Shown piece by piece: positions 1 to 9,525 of a stretch of DNA of 64,000 nucleotides. Below the pieces are notes generated by a model, which worked only from the letters and a program-made list of their open reading frames with translations, had not been told where the DNA came from and did no database searches. Made by a program: the position numbers and the translations under genes. The first letter of the stretch is position 1. Each line of letters opens with the position of its first letter. Origin of the DNA: Vicinamibacterales bacterium (lineage in GTDB: Bacteria > Acidobacteriota > Vicinamibacteria > Vicinamibacterales > UBA8438); assembly GCA_963663815.1 (NCBI GenBank), contig OY760734.1. The stretch is one strand, 5' to 3'.

Positions 1-741
1 CCCGGTGCGCCGCCTCTGCGCGGCGACTCGCCTCCTCCCGGGGGATCGATGATGACGGTCCAGGCGGCGGCGGGCGGGCTGGCCGCGGCCCCGGTCGACG
101 TCTATCCGCCCCTGGGTGCCGCGGAGGTGACGGAGCAGTCGGGCGCGAGCTCGGCCGCGGTGGCGCGGTGGGGCGAGGTCCCGGAGGGTGCCGACCTGGT
201 CTACCAAGGCCGGATGCTCCAGGCGACGCTCCAGACGCAGCTCTCGGGCGAGTTCACGGGTCCGGTGCGGGCGCTGGTGTCGATCCCGGTGTGGTCCCGC
301 GACCGGCGGCACGTCGTGGTCCCGCGCGGCACGCTTGCGCTGGGCGAGGCGCAGCAGGTGACGGGGGCGTTCCAGGGCCGGCTGGCGGTGGGCTTCGACC
401 GGCTCGTCTTCCCCGACGGGCGCACGGTGCGGATGTCCTTCGCGGGGCTCAACGCCATCGGGGAGGCGGGGCTCGCCGACGAGGTCAACCGGCACTACGT
501 CTCGACGTTCGGTGCGGTGGGCGCGGTGGGGCTTCTGGCGGGCCTGGTGCGCGGCGGCGGGAGCGATTCGTTCTACGACCCGGTGAGCCAGCAGTTCGCG
601 TTGACGGCGACGCAGCTGTTCGACCGCTACATGAACCGGCTGCCGGAGATCACGATCCGGGCCGGGCATCCGATGCGGATCTGGCTGACGCAGGACTTGA
701 TCGTGCCTCGCGGCGACGCGGGCCGGGAGAGGGGGCTCTGA
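1..741 (+). CDS. virB10: TrbI/VirB10 family T4SS core protein (5'-partial)
   Basis: Frame is open from base 1. Motifs GPVRALVSIPVWS..VVVPRGT..G..RLAVGFDRLVFPDG, G.AGLADEVNRHY and PEITIRAG..MRIWLTQDL match the VirB10 C-terminal domain. Confidence 0.85.
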   Translation, partial: PGAPPLRGDSPPPGGSMMTVQAAAGGLAAAPVDVYPPLGAAEVTEQSGASSAAVARWGEVPEGADLVYQGRMLQATLQTQLSGEFTGPVRALVSIPVWSRDRRHVVVPRGTLALGEAQQVTGAFQGRLAVGFDRLVFPDGRTVRMSFAGLNAIGEAGLADEVNRHYVSTFGAVGAVGLLAGLVRGGGSDSFYDPVSQQFALTATQLFDRYMNRLPEITIRAGHPMRIWLTQDLIVPRGDAGRERGL

Positions 742-1706
742 TGACGAGGAAGACGCGGCTGGCGTGGGCGGTGGCGTTGATGCTGGTGGTGGTGCTGGTC
801 GGTACTCGCCGGCCTGCGCAGGCGTTCCTCGGCCTCGACCCTGCCTCGTGGATCGTGGTGGGACAGATGGCGTCGGTGGTGTCGCAGATGGTGGCGGTGC
901 GGGACAGCATGATGCGGCTGCGCGACGAGGCGCTCAGCCACGCGCGGGGGTTGATCGAGCCGGTGGACGACTTCGCGGGGGAGCTGAGGGCCGCGCTCAA
1001 GGGCGGCGACTGGTCGGCGTTCAACGCCGGCGACATCCCGCATCCCGAGGACACCGAGATCGGGGCCTGTCCCGGCGGCGCGCTGCCCCAGACGGGGTCG
1101 GTGGCGGAACGGGTGTGCGTCCCCGACGACCTGCCCGAGCTGACCGCGGACATGGCCGGTGACGGCGTGCCCGCGGAGGCCGCGGAGGCGTTCCGGCTGA
1201 GGCAGGCGCTGGTGGAGGCGGATCATGACCGGGTGCGGTCGGAGAGCGAGTACGCGCGGCAGCTGGTGGATGCGGCGGCGGTGAAGATCGCGAACTGGCA
1301 CGGGTGCGAGACGGACCCGGGGCCGGGCTCGAGCGCCATGCGGTGTCCCGACGGGGTCGCGGAGACCGAGGGCGGCCGGGCGCAACTGCTCGACGCCCTG
1401 GATGCGCTCTCGTCGGCGGACTGCTCGGCGGAAGGCGGGGATGGAGCGGACGGCACGTGCCCGTCGATGGCGCAGCTGCGGTCGCTGATGGTGACGGGGT
1501 TGCAGTCGATGGCGTCGTTCGCGGCGGCGGAAGCGGAGATCGAGGCGGCGGAGCTGGACATCGCGCGGCGGGACGAGGAGGCGCGGCTGCTGCAGGAGGC
1601 GCTCCGCCGGCAGGCGGCGATCGAGAGCCTCGAAGGCATCGAGGAGCTCTTCGACGCCGACGTGTCGAGTCCGGCGTTTGCGGGCGGGCCCTTGGCCGGC
1701 TGGTGA
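741..1706 (+). CDS. Exported protein, TrbJ/VirB5-like (tentative)
   Basis: ATG at 741 overlaps the virB10 stop (TGATG). Signal peptide ending AQA, then QMASVVSQM helical segment and several Cys. Lies between virB10 and virB6. Confidence 0.45.
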   Translation: MTRKTRLAWAVALMLVVVLVGTRRPAQAFLGLDPASWIVVGQMASVVSQMVAVRDSMMRLRDEALSHARGLIEPVDDFAGELRAALKGGDWSAFNAGDIPHPEDTEIGACPGGALPQTGSVAERVCVPDDLPELTADMAGDGVPAEAAEAFRLRQALVEADHDRVRSESEYARQLVDAAAVKIANWHGCETDPGPGSSAMRCPDGVAETEGGRAQLLDALDALSSADCSAEGGDGADGTCPSMAQLRSLMVTGLQSMASFAAAEAEIEAAELDIARRDEEARLLQEALRRQAAIESLEGIEELFDADVSSPAFAGGPLAGW

Positions 1707-1732
1707 TGCGTGTTGCCCGGTTTCGGAGGTGA

Positions 1733-2731
1733 GTGATGACTGACAGCGGCCAAGACATCGAGGTGCGTCGGCGTCCGAGGAGCTCCCGGCTGATGCGCGG
1801 GGCCGTCGCGGTGGGGCTCGTGTGCGTGTTGTGCCTCACTGCGCCGTCGCGCAGCGATGCGGGCTGGGCGGGGATGCTGGTCCAGATGGTCTCGGTGCTC
1901 GAGAACCTGCGCCGGATCGTCCAGACCGCGGAGGAGATGACGGCGAACGCGACGGCCGAGTTCCGCGGCCTGCTGGACCCCGGGGGGGTTGTGAGTGGAA
2001 TCCAGAGCCTGTCGGATTGGCGGGGGCTCTACCGGCAGTTCTTGGAGGTGCCGGAGCTGTGGGAGCTGGCGCCGAAGAGCGCGGAGCTGGTCGCGGAGGG
2101 CCTTGGCGACTACCGGACGGCGGCGCAGCTCGCGGGAGGGGATGGCTGGCAGGCGTACGACTTCAAGTCGTTGGCGGGCTGGAACGGCTTCCTCGAGAGC
2201 GGCCCGTTGTCGTGGACGGGCGGCATCGGGACGTCGATAGGCGCGCTGGAGAGCCTCGACGTGGTCGACGACGACACGCTGGCGGCCTTCCGGAGTGCGG
2301 TGGAGGCGGAGTCGGTGATTCACGGGATGCGGTATGCGCGCTCGCTGGAGAGCCGGCTGGCGTCGGCGGCGTTGCTGGGCGCGGCGGCGGCCGACGGCGC
2401 GCAGGCCCTGGGGCCGGACGAAGGGATGCTCGAGACGCTGGAGGAGGTCGTGGAGGAGGCGGTGGAGGTGAGCTCGGCCGAGACGGCCAGCGACGCAGAG
2501 CAGAGCAGCGGGCAGACGATGGTCGTGGCGGGCTTGGCGTCGACGGCGGCGGGCACGCTGGGGGTCGCGGCGGCGCGGTTCAAGGGCGCGATCGAGGAAC
2601 GCGACCGCAAGCTGTGGGAGGCCGCGCAGCGGCGGTCGGAGATGACGCGCAGCCTCCGGCGCATCGCGGAGCTTGACTTCACCGTGAACGACACGCCGGC
2701 CCCGTTCGGGTCGGCGTACGACGAGGACTGA
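1733..2731 (+). CDS. Second exported TrbJ/VirB5-like protein (tentative)
   Basis: Signal-like hydrophobic segment, then QMVSVLENLRRIVQ. Helical protein directly upstream of virB6. Confidence 0.45.
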   Translation: MMTDSGQDIEVRRRPRSSRLMRGAVAVGLVCVLCLTAPSRSDAGWAGMLVQMVSVLENLRRIVQTAEEMTANATAEFRGLLDPGGVVSGIQSLSDWRGLYRQFLEVPELWELAPKSAELVAEGLGDYRTAAQLAGGDGWQAYDFKSLAGWNGFLESGPLSWTGGIGTSIGALESLDVVDDDTLAAFRSAVEAESVIHGMRYARSLESRLASAALLGAAAADGAQALGPDEGMLETLEEVVEEAVEVSSAETASDAEQSSGQTMVVAGLASTAAGTLGVAAARFKGAIEERDRKLWEAAQRRSEMTRSLRRIAELDFTVNDTPAPFGSAYDED

Positions 2732-2732
2732 C

Positions 2733-3860
2733 GTGGCGAATGTTGCTCGCCGCTGGCGCCTCGTCGTGGTCGTTGCGCTGAGCCTGGTCGTCCTGGGCGT
2801 CGCGCCGGCATTGGCGCAGCCGACGGATCCGGGGTCGACGCAGATCGACGATGCCCTGGAGGCGGTGGGCGACCGGATTGTCGGGGGCGGTGTCACGTTG
2901 CGCGACTGGTTCTACAACCTCGGTCTCTCGCTGTGGGGGGCGCTGGCGTTGAGCATGGTGGCCTGGCAGGGGATTCAGGTCGCGCTCGGCGGGCGGTTCG
3001 AGATAGGTGACCTGGTGAAGTTCCTCTTCTGGCTCGCCGTCCCGAGGATGATCCTCGAGGGGTTCTACACCGACTACGAGCTGTTCGGGAACGAGACGTT
3101 CGTGGCCATGGTGACGAACCAGGGGCCGGCGATGGCGGCGGCGCTCAATCCCGGAGGGGGGCCCTGGACGGAAGCGATGAATGCGGTGCTGACCGCGGTG
3201 GGTCAGATGCTCGGAAAGGTGCTGCAGATTTCGGTGTTCGGGGATGCCGGTCTGTTCAGCGGGCTCGCCGTGCTGGCGCAGCTGGCGTTGATGTACGTCG
3301 TCTTGATGATTGTCACCGTCCTCGGGTTGGTGTTCGTTCTTCTGGCGCTGGTCCTCGTGTATGTGCAGACGCTCTGGGCCGAGGTCGCGGTGGGGATGAT
3401 GTCGCTGGCCGGCCCGGTGTTCGTGCCCTTTCTCCTGGTCGAGCAGCTCAGCTTCATGTTCTGGTCGTGGTTCAAGGCGATCCTCCAGTACTCGCTGCAG
3501 GCGTTCGTGGGGGGCATGATGATGGCGCTGATCGGCGAGTTGGCGTTGGGACCGATCACGAACATGGCGGCGCTGGTCGCGGATATCAGCCCGGTGCCTG
3601 GAGACGGCGGCGTGAACCTCCAGGTCGGCCGGCTCTGGGACGATCTCATTCTGCCGACGCTCCAGTGGTTCCCCATCATGGTGTGCTGCTTCTTCATGTC
3701 GCTGAAGGTGGGTGAGTTCACGGCGGCGCTGGTCTCGGGCATGGGGGCGCCCACCTCGGGCATGGCGGGCGTGGCGCTGGCGGCGATGACGGCAGGCAAG
3801 AGCGTGGCGCTGCGGGCCGGGGCGATGGCGGCGAAGCGCTTCACGAGGGCGGGGGTCTGA
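2733..3860 (+). CDS. virB6: TrbL/VirB6 family polytopic membrane protein
   Basis: Multiple TM segments, GPVFVPFLLV..LSFMFWSWFK motif and Gly/Ala-rich tail. T4SS context. Confidence 0.8.
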   Translation: MANVARRWRLVVVVALSLVVLGVAPALAQPTDPGSTQIDDALEAVGDRIVGGGVTLRDWFYNLGLSLWGALALSMVAWQGIQVALGGRFEIGDLVKFLFWLAVPRMILEGFYTDYELFGNETFVAMVTNQGPAMAAALNPGGGPWTEAMNAVLTAVGQMLGKVLQISVFGDAGLFSGLAVLAQLALMYVVLMIVTVLGLVFVLLALVLVYVQTLWAEVAVGMMSLAGPVFVPFLLVEQLSFMFWSWFKAILQYSLQAFVGGMMMALIGELALGPITNMAALVADISPVPGDGGVNLQVGRLWDDLILPTLQWFPIMVCCFFMSLKVGEFTAALVSGMGAPTSGMAGVALAAMTAGKSVALRAGAMAAKRFTRAGV

Positions 3861-3863
3861 CGG

Positions 3864-4496
3864 ATGGCCGGTGCGCGGGAGTTCGCGGAGATCTGGGGCG
3901 AGGAGATGCATCGTGCGCGTCAGTACCGCGCGGTGGTGTTGCTGCTGGCGTTGGGGGTGACGGCGTCGGGGGCGGGGCACTGCGCGGCCGCGCTCCAGCC
4001 CGAGCCGCCGCCGCTCGTGGTGCGGGTCGACGAGGTGGGGCGCGCCGAGGTGGTGGACTACCTGCCGGAGGCGGTGGCGCCGACGTCGCCGGAGACGCTC
4101 TTCTTCATCCGGCGCTTCGTGATCGACCAGTACGAGCGGCGCGCGGCGGTGGTGGAGGAGCGCTGGGGCCGGTCGTTCCACTTCGTGTCGCAGTCGGTGG
4201 CGGACGCTCTCGTGGTGGAGCATTCCGGCGAGGTGACCGGTTACCTGTCGGGCCGGTTGACCGCCGAGGTGCGGGTGGAGGACGTGGCGATCCGGGTGGT
4301 CCCGGGCCTCGAGCCTCCCTACGGCGCGGAGGTCCGGTTCGACCGGGTGACCTACGTGGCGGGGCGGGAAACCGCGCGAACCGGCGTCACGCTGGGGTTG
4401 CAGTTCTCGTTCACGGCGGTGGACCGGGCGCTCGTCTTCGACAACCCGATCGGGCTCGTGATCAGTTTCCTTGAGGCCAGCGAGGTGGTGCGGTGA
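3864..4496 (+). CDS. virB8: VirB8/TrbF family protein
   Basis: N-terminal TM, VVRVDEVGRAEVV motif, FIRRFV and C-terminal DNPIGLVISFL. Confidence 0.75.
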   Translation: MAGAREFAEIWGEEMHRARQYRAVVLLLALGVTASGAGHCAAALQPEPPPLVVRVDEVGRAEVVDYLPEAVAPTSPETLFFIRRFVIDQYERRAAVVEERWGRSFHFVSQSVADALVVEHSGEVTGYLSGRLTAEVRVEDVAIRVVPGLEPPYGAEVRFDRVTYVAGRETARTGVTLGLQFSFTAVDRALVFDNPIGLVISFLEASEVVR

Positions 4497-5509
4497 TGGA
4501 GAGTGGGGAGGCGCGGGCGCGGTCGGAAGAGATGGCCGGTCGGCTCCGGGAGAAGTTCGGGCTGGACCAGATGGAGGCAGAGTTCGTCGTGCTCGTCGGC
4601 CGGAGCGGGGGGGTGTGTTTGGTGCGCCAGGCGGAATCGTGGTGTCGCGGTCGCGGTTTACCGGCGGCTCGGAGAACAGCCTTCAGGTGGATCGCCGACC
4701 TCCACGACAAGCTGGGCACGGCGTTCGAGACCTTCCCTCTCCAGCGCGAGGGCACGCGCAGCGTGCAGGTGCATCAGCTCGTGGGCAAGAAGGTCTACCG
4801 GGAGCTCGGCATGGAGAACAGCCGCTGGCGCTACCCGGCGGAGAAGAAGGCGACGCTGGTGGAGGTCAAGCGGCGGCTGGTGCGCGTCGGCGCGGTCCTG
4901 TCCCGCTGGTGGTATCCGTGGCTCGGCACGGTGGAGGCGTCCGTGGGATGGTGCGACGCCCTGGGAATCGACCGCGCCGTGCTTCCGCAAAAGGGCTATC
5001 GGGCCCGTCGAGAAGTTGTGCCGCTGGAGGAGACGGCGGCCAGGGAGCGCCCGAGCTACTTCCCTGACCGCTCCCCGCACGCCGCCGACGGGAACGTTTC
5101 CCTGTTCGTGTACCCGCTGGTGGTCGAGGAGCGTGACGAGAGCGAGGGGCTGCGGAAGTGGTGCCGGAGCTATGCCCCGCTGTGGCAGGCCTTGGGCCGT
5201 GTGGGCGTGCAGACGACGGTCGTCGTGGCGCGTAGCGCGCAGACCCTGTCGGTGCCGGTCGCGGACGTGATGAGCGGCTGGGAGGCGTCCGGCGAGAGCC
5301 ACCGGGCGGTCCGGGGCATCTGGTTCGATACCCAGCTCGACTACGTGCTCGCGGGGAACGCCCCGGCCGTGCTCGAGGCGCACGGCGGGCCGGAAGGTGT
5401 CGCGCGCCGCCGTCGGGAGCTGGCGGCGGCGATCGAGGAGGCGCGGTCGGAAGTGGGTCCCGGGGTGGCGAAGACCGAGGAGCTCGTGCTGGAGGAGGTG
5501 CCGGCATGA
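4496..5509 (+). CDS. Hypothetical cytoplasmic protein between virB8 and virD4; candidate relaxase-like protein
   Basis: Coupled at both ends (TGATG, ATGA), no TM. N-terminal helical/wHTH-like segment and YFPD motif. Function is inferred from position only. Confidence 0.6.
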   Translation: MESGEARARSEEMAGRLREKFGLDQMEAEFVVLVGRSGGVCLVRQAESWCRGRGLPAARRTAFRWIADLHDKLGTAFETFPLQREGTRSVQVHQLVGKKVYRELGMENSRWRYPAEKKATLVEVKRRLVRVGAVLSRWWYPWLGTVEASVGWCDALGIDRAVLPQKGYRARREVVPLEETAARERPSYFPDRSPHAADGNVSLFVYPLVVEERDESEGLRKWCRSYAPLWQALGRVGVQTTVVVARSAQTLSVPVADVMSGWEASGESHRAVRGIWFDTQLDYVLAGNAPAVLEAHGGPEGVARRRRELAAAIEEARSEVGPGVAKTEELVLEEVPA

Positions 5510-7611
5510 TGGCCTATCTGGGGCGGCTGCTGACCTGGAAGTTCAACGCCGCGGTCGCGGTGACGGTGGCATGGTGCTGGTACTTCCCCTGGCCGTCGGA
5601 GGACCCGGCGGTGAGGCTCGTGCGGCTTCAGTCGCCGATGTGGCACGAGGCGCTCCGCGCGTGGTCGCTGGTGAGCCCGGGCGTCATCGTGCTGATTCTC
5701 GCGCTCATCGCGGAGTCGGTGAAGCGGGTGTGGTTCGAGTCGTACGTCTCGGAGGTATTCGGGCGCGGGGAGCTGCCGGCCTGGCCGCAGTCGCCGGACG
5801 ACCCCGACCCGTCGCTCGTGATCGGCGAGCAGCACCATCGGACGCGGTTCGAGGAGGTCCGGAACCCCCGCTGGCTGGTGATACCGAAGAAGGGCCTGTT
5901 CACCGGGCTTCTGATCCTGGGGGCGGTCGGCACGGGGAAGACGGCCGGCTGCATGCGCCCCTTCGTGCGCCAGCTCCTGACGTGGCGGGCCCGCGACAGG
6001 GAGAAGCGCGCGGCGGCGCTCTGCCTGGAGGTCAAGGGCGACTTCTGCTTCGACGTGAAGAAGATGCTGGACGACTGCGGCCGGTCGGAGGACTACATCG
6101 AGCTGAACATGGAGCCGTCCGGCTACGCGTGGAACCCGCTCGCGGCGCCGTGGCTGGACCCCTCGTCGCTGGCCGGCACGATCGCCTCGCTCATCAACCA
6201 GCTCTACGGCAAGGGGAAGGAGCCGTTCTGGCAGCAGGCGTATACGGCGTTCGCGCAGTGGGTGATCGTCTTGAAACGGCTGGAGTATCCGTCGTGGGTG
6301 ACGATGGCGGACCTGTACCACTACGTGCTCGAGGAGGAGAGGATCACCGAGGGCATCGCGGCGATGAAGAAGCGCCTCGACGAGCGGTGGGCGAGTCCGG
6401 ACAGGGTCGACGTGTGCGTCGACGCCGAGCTGTACGAGGCTCACTCGGAGAAGCTCGCGAACTGGGTGTGGGAGCCGGCCAGCAACGGCCGGATGGCGGC
6501 GCGGATCGCGGAGGGCCGCGAGGACCAGGTCGAGCGCGCGGTCGAGGACTGCCGGCACCACCTCGGCGACGAGCCGGAGGTGTACCGGGTGGGCTACAGC
6601 GACGCCGAGCCCGGGCACACGAAGGAAGAGTACGAACAGATGGAGTTGACCCAGCGCGGCGAGCTCGAGTCGGTCGAGCTGTGGCTGGAGAAGGACTGGA
6701 AGCAGCTGGCGGAGCAGACGCGCACGAACGTGGCGACGGGTCTGTCGGTGTTCCTGGGGATGTTCGACCTGCCGGAGGTGAAGGCGAAGTTCTGCCCGCC
6801 GTGCCCGGACCCGACCGGGAAGAAGGGAGTCCCGGTCGGCGGCGGGGCCAGGGCGAGGGCGGCCGCGCGCCTGAAGCCGCTGCCTTCTCTGGATCAGCTG
6901 ATCGAGCAGGGCAGGGTAGTCGCCCTGAACCTGCCGGCGGGGAAGAACCCGAACCTCGGGCGGGTGATCGGGGTGATGCTCAAGCAGGGGTGGCTCGGTA
7001 CTCTGCTGCTGCGGCCGGAGAGGATGGCGAAGCGGCCAGGATGGGAGCCGCGTCCGGCGGTGTTCATCTGCGACGAGTACCAGGCGTTCGTCACGGCGGG
7101 CGAGGGCGGCGATGGCGGCGACGACAAGGCGTTCTCGTTGACGCGGCAGTCGCGGTGCATCCCGATCGTGGCGACGCAGTCGTTGTCGAGCCTGCGCTCC
7201 GTGCTGGGGAGCTCGGAGGCGTGGCGGACGTTGCTTCAGACGCTGCGGAGCCGCATCTACCTGTCTCAGGCGGACGACCAGTCGGCCAAGATCGCGAGCG
7301 ACCTGTGCGGGCAGGTGTCGCGGATGCGCGAGAGCTGGTCGGTGCAGGAGCAGACGGGCCGGGCCGGAGCGAGCCTGCTTTCGGGGAGGATCGGCGGGGC
7401 GGGGACGTCGGCGGGCATCACGAAGTCGTTCCAGGACCGGAAGGAGGCGCTCTTCGGCGCGCGGGAGTTCACGGTGCTGGAGAACTACTCGGGCATCGCT
7501 CAGATCTTCGACGGGAACGAGGTCCACGACGCGACCCGGGTCTATCTGAAGCCCGACTACGTGGCCAAGGACCTGACGTACTGGCGGGCTCGGGAAGCGG
7601 GGAAGCTCTGA
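5506..7611 (+). CDS. virD4: Type IV coupling protein (VirD4/TraG-TraD family ATPase)
   Basis: N-terminal TMs, Walker A GAVGTGKT, Walker B FICDEYQ, IVATQS motif. Confidence 0.87.
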   Translation: MMAYLGRLLTWKFNAAVAVTVAWCWYFPWPSEDPAVRLVRLQSPMWHEALRAWSLVSPGVIVLILALIAESVKRVWFESYVSEVFGRGELPAWPQSPDDPDPSLVIGEQHHRTRFEEVRNPRWLVIPKKGLFTGLLILGAVGTGKTAGCMRPFVRQLLTWRARDREKRAAALCLEVKGDFCFDVKKMLDDCGRSEDYIELNMEPSGYAWNPLAAPWLDPSSLAGTIASLINQLYGKGKEPFWQQAYTAFAQWVIVLKRLEYPSWVTMADLYHYVLEEERITEGIAAMKKRLDERWASPDRVDVCVDAELYEAHSEKLANWVWEPASNGRMAARIAEGREDQVERAVEDCRHHLGDEPEVYRVGYSDAEPGHTKEEYEQMELTQRGELESVELWLEKDWKQLAEQTRTNVATGLSVFLGMFDLPEVKAKFCPPCPDPTGKKGVPVGGGARARAAARLKPLPSLDQLIEQGRVVALNLPAGKNPNLGRVIGVMLKQGWLGTLLLRPERMAKRPGWEPRPAVFICDEYQAFVTAGEGGDGGDDKAFSLTRQSRCIPIVATQSLSSLRSVLGSSEAWRTLLQTLRSRIYLSQADDQSAKIASDLCGQVSRMRESWSVQEQTGRAGASLLSGRIGGAGTSAGITKSFQDRKEALFGAREFTVLENYSGIAQIFDGNEVHDATRVYLKPDYVAKDLTYWRAREAGKL

Positions 7612-7627
7612 TGGAGGGGAGGCTCTG

Positions 7628-8887
7628 ATGGAACGGCAGCTCTCGCTCGGGGACCTGGTGGACTTCCTGCCGGAGCTCGGTCCGCTGGTGGCGGACGACT
7701 CGGTGACGGAGATCATGATCAACGGGCCGGGCTCGCTCTATGTGGAGCGCGCCGGCCGGCTGGCGCGCGTCGAGGGGGTCTCGGAGACGTTGACGGAGGC
7801 GTCGCTCCGGTCGGCGGCGATGCAGGTCACGCGGCCGTTGGGGTTCGACCTGCTGCGCGAGTCGCCGATCGTGGACGCGCGCCTCGAGGACGGCTCCCGG
7901 GTGGCGGTGGCGTATCCGCCGGCGACGCCGGAGGTGGCGATCACGATCCGGCGGTTCGGGAGGAAGTTCCTGACGGCGGACGACCTGGTGGGGATGGGCT
8001 CGCTGCCGCGGTCGGTGCTCGAGGCGATGGCGCGGGTGGCGTCGTCGGACGGGAACATCCTGATCGCGGGGGGGACGGGCAGCGGGAAGACGACGCTGCT
8101 GAACGCGGTCGTGGGCCTGCTCCCGCGGGAGGACCGCATCGTGGTCATCGAGGACACGATGGAGATCCGCTGCAACCACCCGAACTGCGTCCGCCTGGAG
8201 GCGCGCGGCGCGTCGGGGGGCGGGGTGGCGGTCCGGGACCTGGTCAGGCACACCCTGCGGCACCGTCCCGACCACATCGTGATCGGCGAGGTCCGCGGGG
8301 CGGAGGCGGGGGACGTCCTCCAGGCGCTGAACACCGGCCACGGCGGTTCGATGACGACGATCCATGCGTCGACGTGCGAGAGCGCGCTGTCGCGGATGGC
8401 GAACTGCGCGATGCAGGCGGGAGACGGTCTGCCGTGGGACGTGACATGCGGGAACGTGGCCCAGGCGTTCTCGATGGTGGTTCGGCAAGCTCGGGTGGGC
8501 GGTGTCCGGGGCGTTCGGGAAGTGCTGTACGTGGACGGCTACGACGCCGTCGAGCGTCGGTGGGTGTTGCGGGAGGCTTGGCGTTCGCCGCGGGCGGCGG
8601 AGCTGGGCACGGACGGTTCGGGGTGGCGTCCCGTCGAAGGCCTGCGAGGCGTGAAGGCGGGTCCCCGGGAGGAGGTGACGGTGGCTTCCCTGCTGTTGGC
8701 GCTGGGCGGCTCGTCGGCGGGGAAGAAGTTGTGGCGTGGCCGCCGCCGGCGGGCAATGGGCAAGGGCGGCCGCGGTCTGGCTGCGATCCCGGTGGTCCGT
8801 CCGCAGCGGGCGGCCGGCGCAGGGAACGGGGACGTGACGGCCGGGGGCGAGGAGGACACGGGGGAGCTCGCCGATGAGCGGGAATAG
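7628..8887 (+). CDS. virB11: VirB11/TrbB/CpaF family traffic ATPase
   Basis: VTEIMING, GGTGSGKTT, VVIEDT, LRHRPDHIVIGEVRG, NTGHGGSMTTIHA. C-terminal ~90 aa is atypical. Confidence 0.9.
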   Translation: MERQLSLGDLVDFLPELGPLVADDSVTEIMINGPGSLYVERAGRLARVEGVSETLTEASLRSAAMQVTRPLGFDLLRESPIVDARLEDGSRVAVAYPPATPEVAITIRRFGRKFLTADDLVGMGSLPRSVLEAMARVASSDGNILIAGGTGSGKTTLLNAVVGLLPREDRIVVIEDTMEIRCNHPNCVRLEARGASGGGVAVRDLVRHTLRHRPDHIVIGEVRGAEAGDVLQALNTGHGGSMTTIHASTCESALSRMANCAMQAGDGLPWDVTCGNVAQAFSMVVRQARVGGVRGVREVLYVDGYDAVERRWVLREAWRSPRAAELGTDGSGWRPVEGLRGVKAGPREEVTVASLLLALGGSSAGKKLWRGRRRRAMGKGGRGLAAIPVVRPQRAAGAGNGDVTAGGEEDTGELADERE

Positions 8888-9146
8888 CCCCACGGCGGAG
8901 GTCCGGCTCGGCCGCATCAAGGCGACGATCTGGACCAACCGGGACAAGGACGGCGGGCGGTGGCACGCGGTGCAGCTGACCCGGCTGTACCAGGACGGCG
9001 ACCAGTGGCGGTGGACGCACACCTTCGGGCGGAACGACCTGCTTGCGGTGGCGAAGGTGGCCGACCTGGCGCACTCGAAGGTGTGCGAGCTGGATGCCTC
9101 CGAGCGAGACCGTGAACGGGCTCCGGCCGAAGAGGCGGAGGCCTGA
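8874..9146 (+). CDS. Small conserved-type protein, probable ssDNA-binding (PC4-like) protein
   Basis: EVRLGRIKATIW.N...VQLTRLYQD.DQW..THTFGRNDLLAVAKV is a pattern recalled from small mobile-element proteins. Acidic C-terminal tail as in SSBs. Confidence 0.6.
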   Translation: MSGNSPTAEVRLGRIKATIWTNRDKDGGRWHAVQLTRLYQDGDQWRWTHTFGRNDLLAVAKVADLAHSKVCELDASERDRERAPAEEAEA

Positions 9147-9234
9147 ATGGCGACCGCCACCATTCTCCAGGGCGCCGTCGTCGGTTTCGCTGATGGTTCT
9201 CTGGTGGTCGGTGCATGTGGGGAGCCGGCGAACC

Positions 9235-9468
9235 GTGGACCTGCTCGGCTGCGTCCTCGGGCTGATCCCGTGCGGCCGGTTGTGGCCGCAGACGGTGTCC
9301 GAGCTCGTGATGCTCGCGACCGTCGTGGTGTTGTGGTTGCTGGTGCTGGCGACCCTGGTGGAAGCGGTGTGGTTGCAGGTCGCGGCCGTGATGTGGTGGA
9401 GGGCGCGGCGCCGCCGCGCCGGCGACAGCGATGCGGGACGGGGCGATGACCCTGGGTGCGAACGGTGA
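9235..9468 (+). CDS. Small membrane protein
   Basis: GGGGAG RBS before GTG. Long hydrophobic segment followed by a basic RARRRR stop-transfer. Confidence 0.35.
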   Translation: MDLLGCVLGLIPCGRLWPQTVSELVMLATVVVLWLLVLATLVEAVWLQVAAVMWWRARRRRAGDSDAGRGDDPGCER

Positions 9469-9525
9469 GGACCGCGGGGCGGCTGCTCCAGGTGACCGTG
9501 GGGGCCGGGCTGGCGTGAAGGAGAG

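Noticed and set aside
168-740. N-terminal extension of the 512-aa ORF
   Set aside because: It overlaps virB10 out of frame. The real start is the coupled ATG at 741 with a signal peptide.
8600-8887. C-terminal extension of VirB11 as a new domain
   Set aside because: Low-complexity basic sequence with an internal GGAGGAGG-GTG. More likely a read-through or lost stop than a domain, and it cannot be resolved here.
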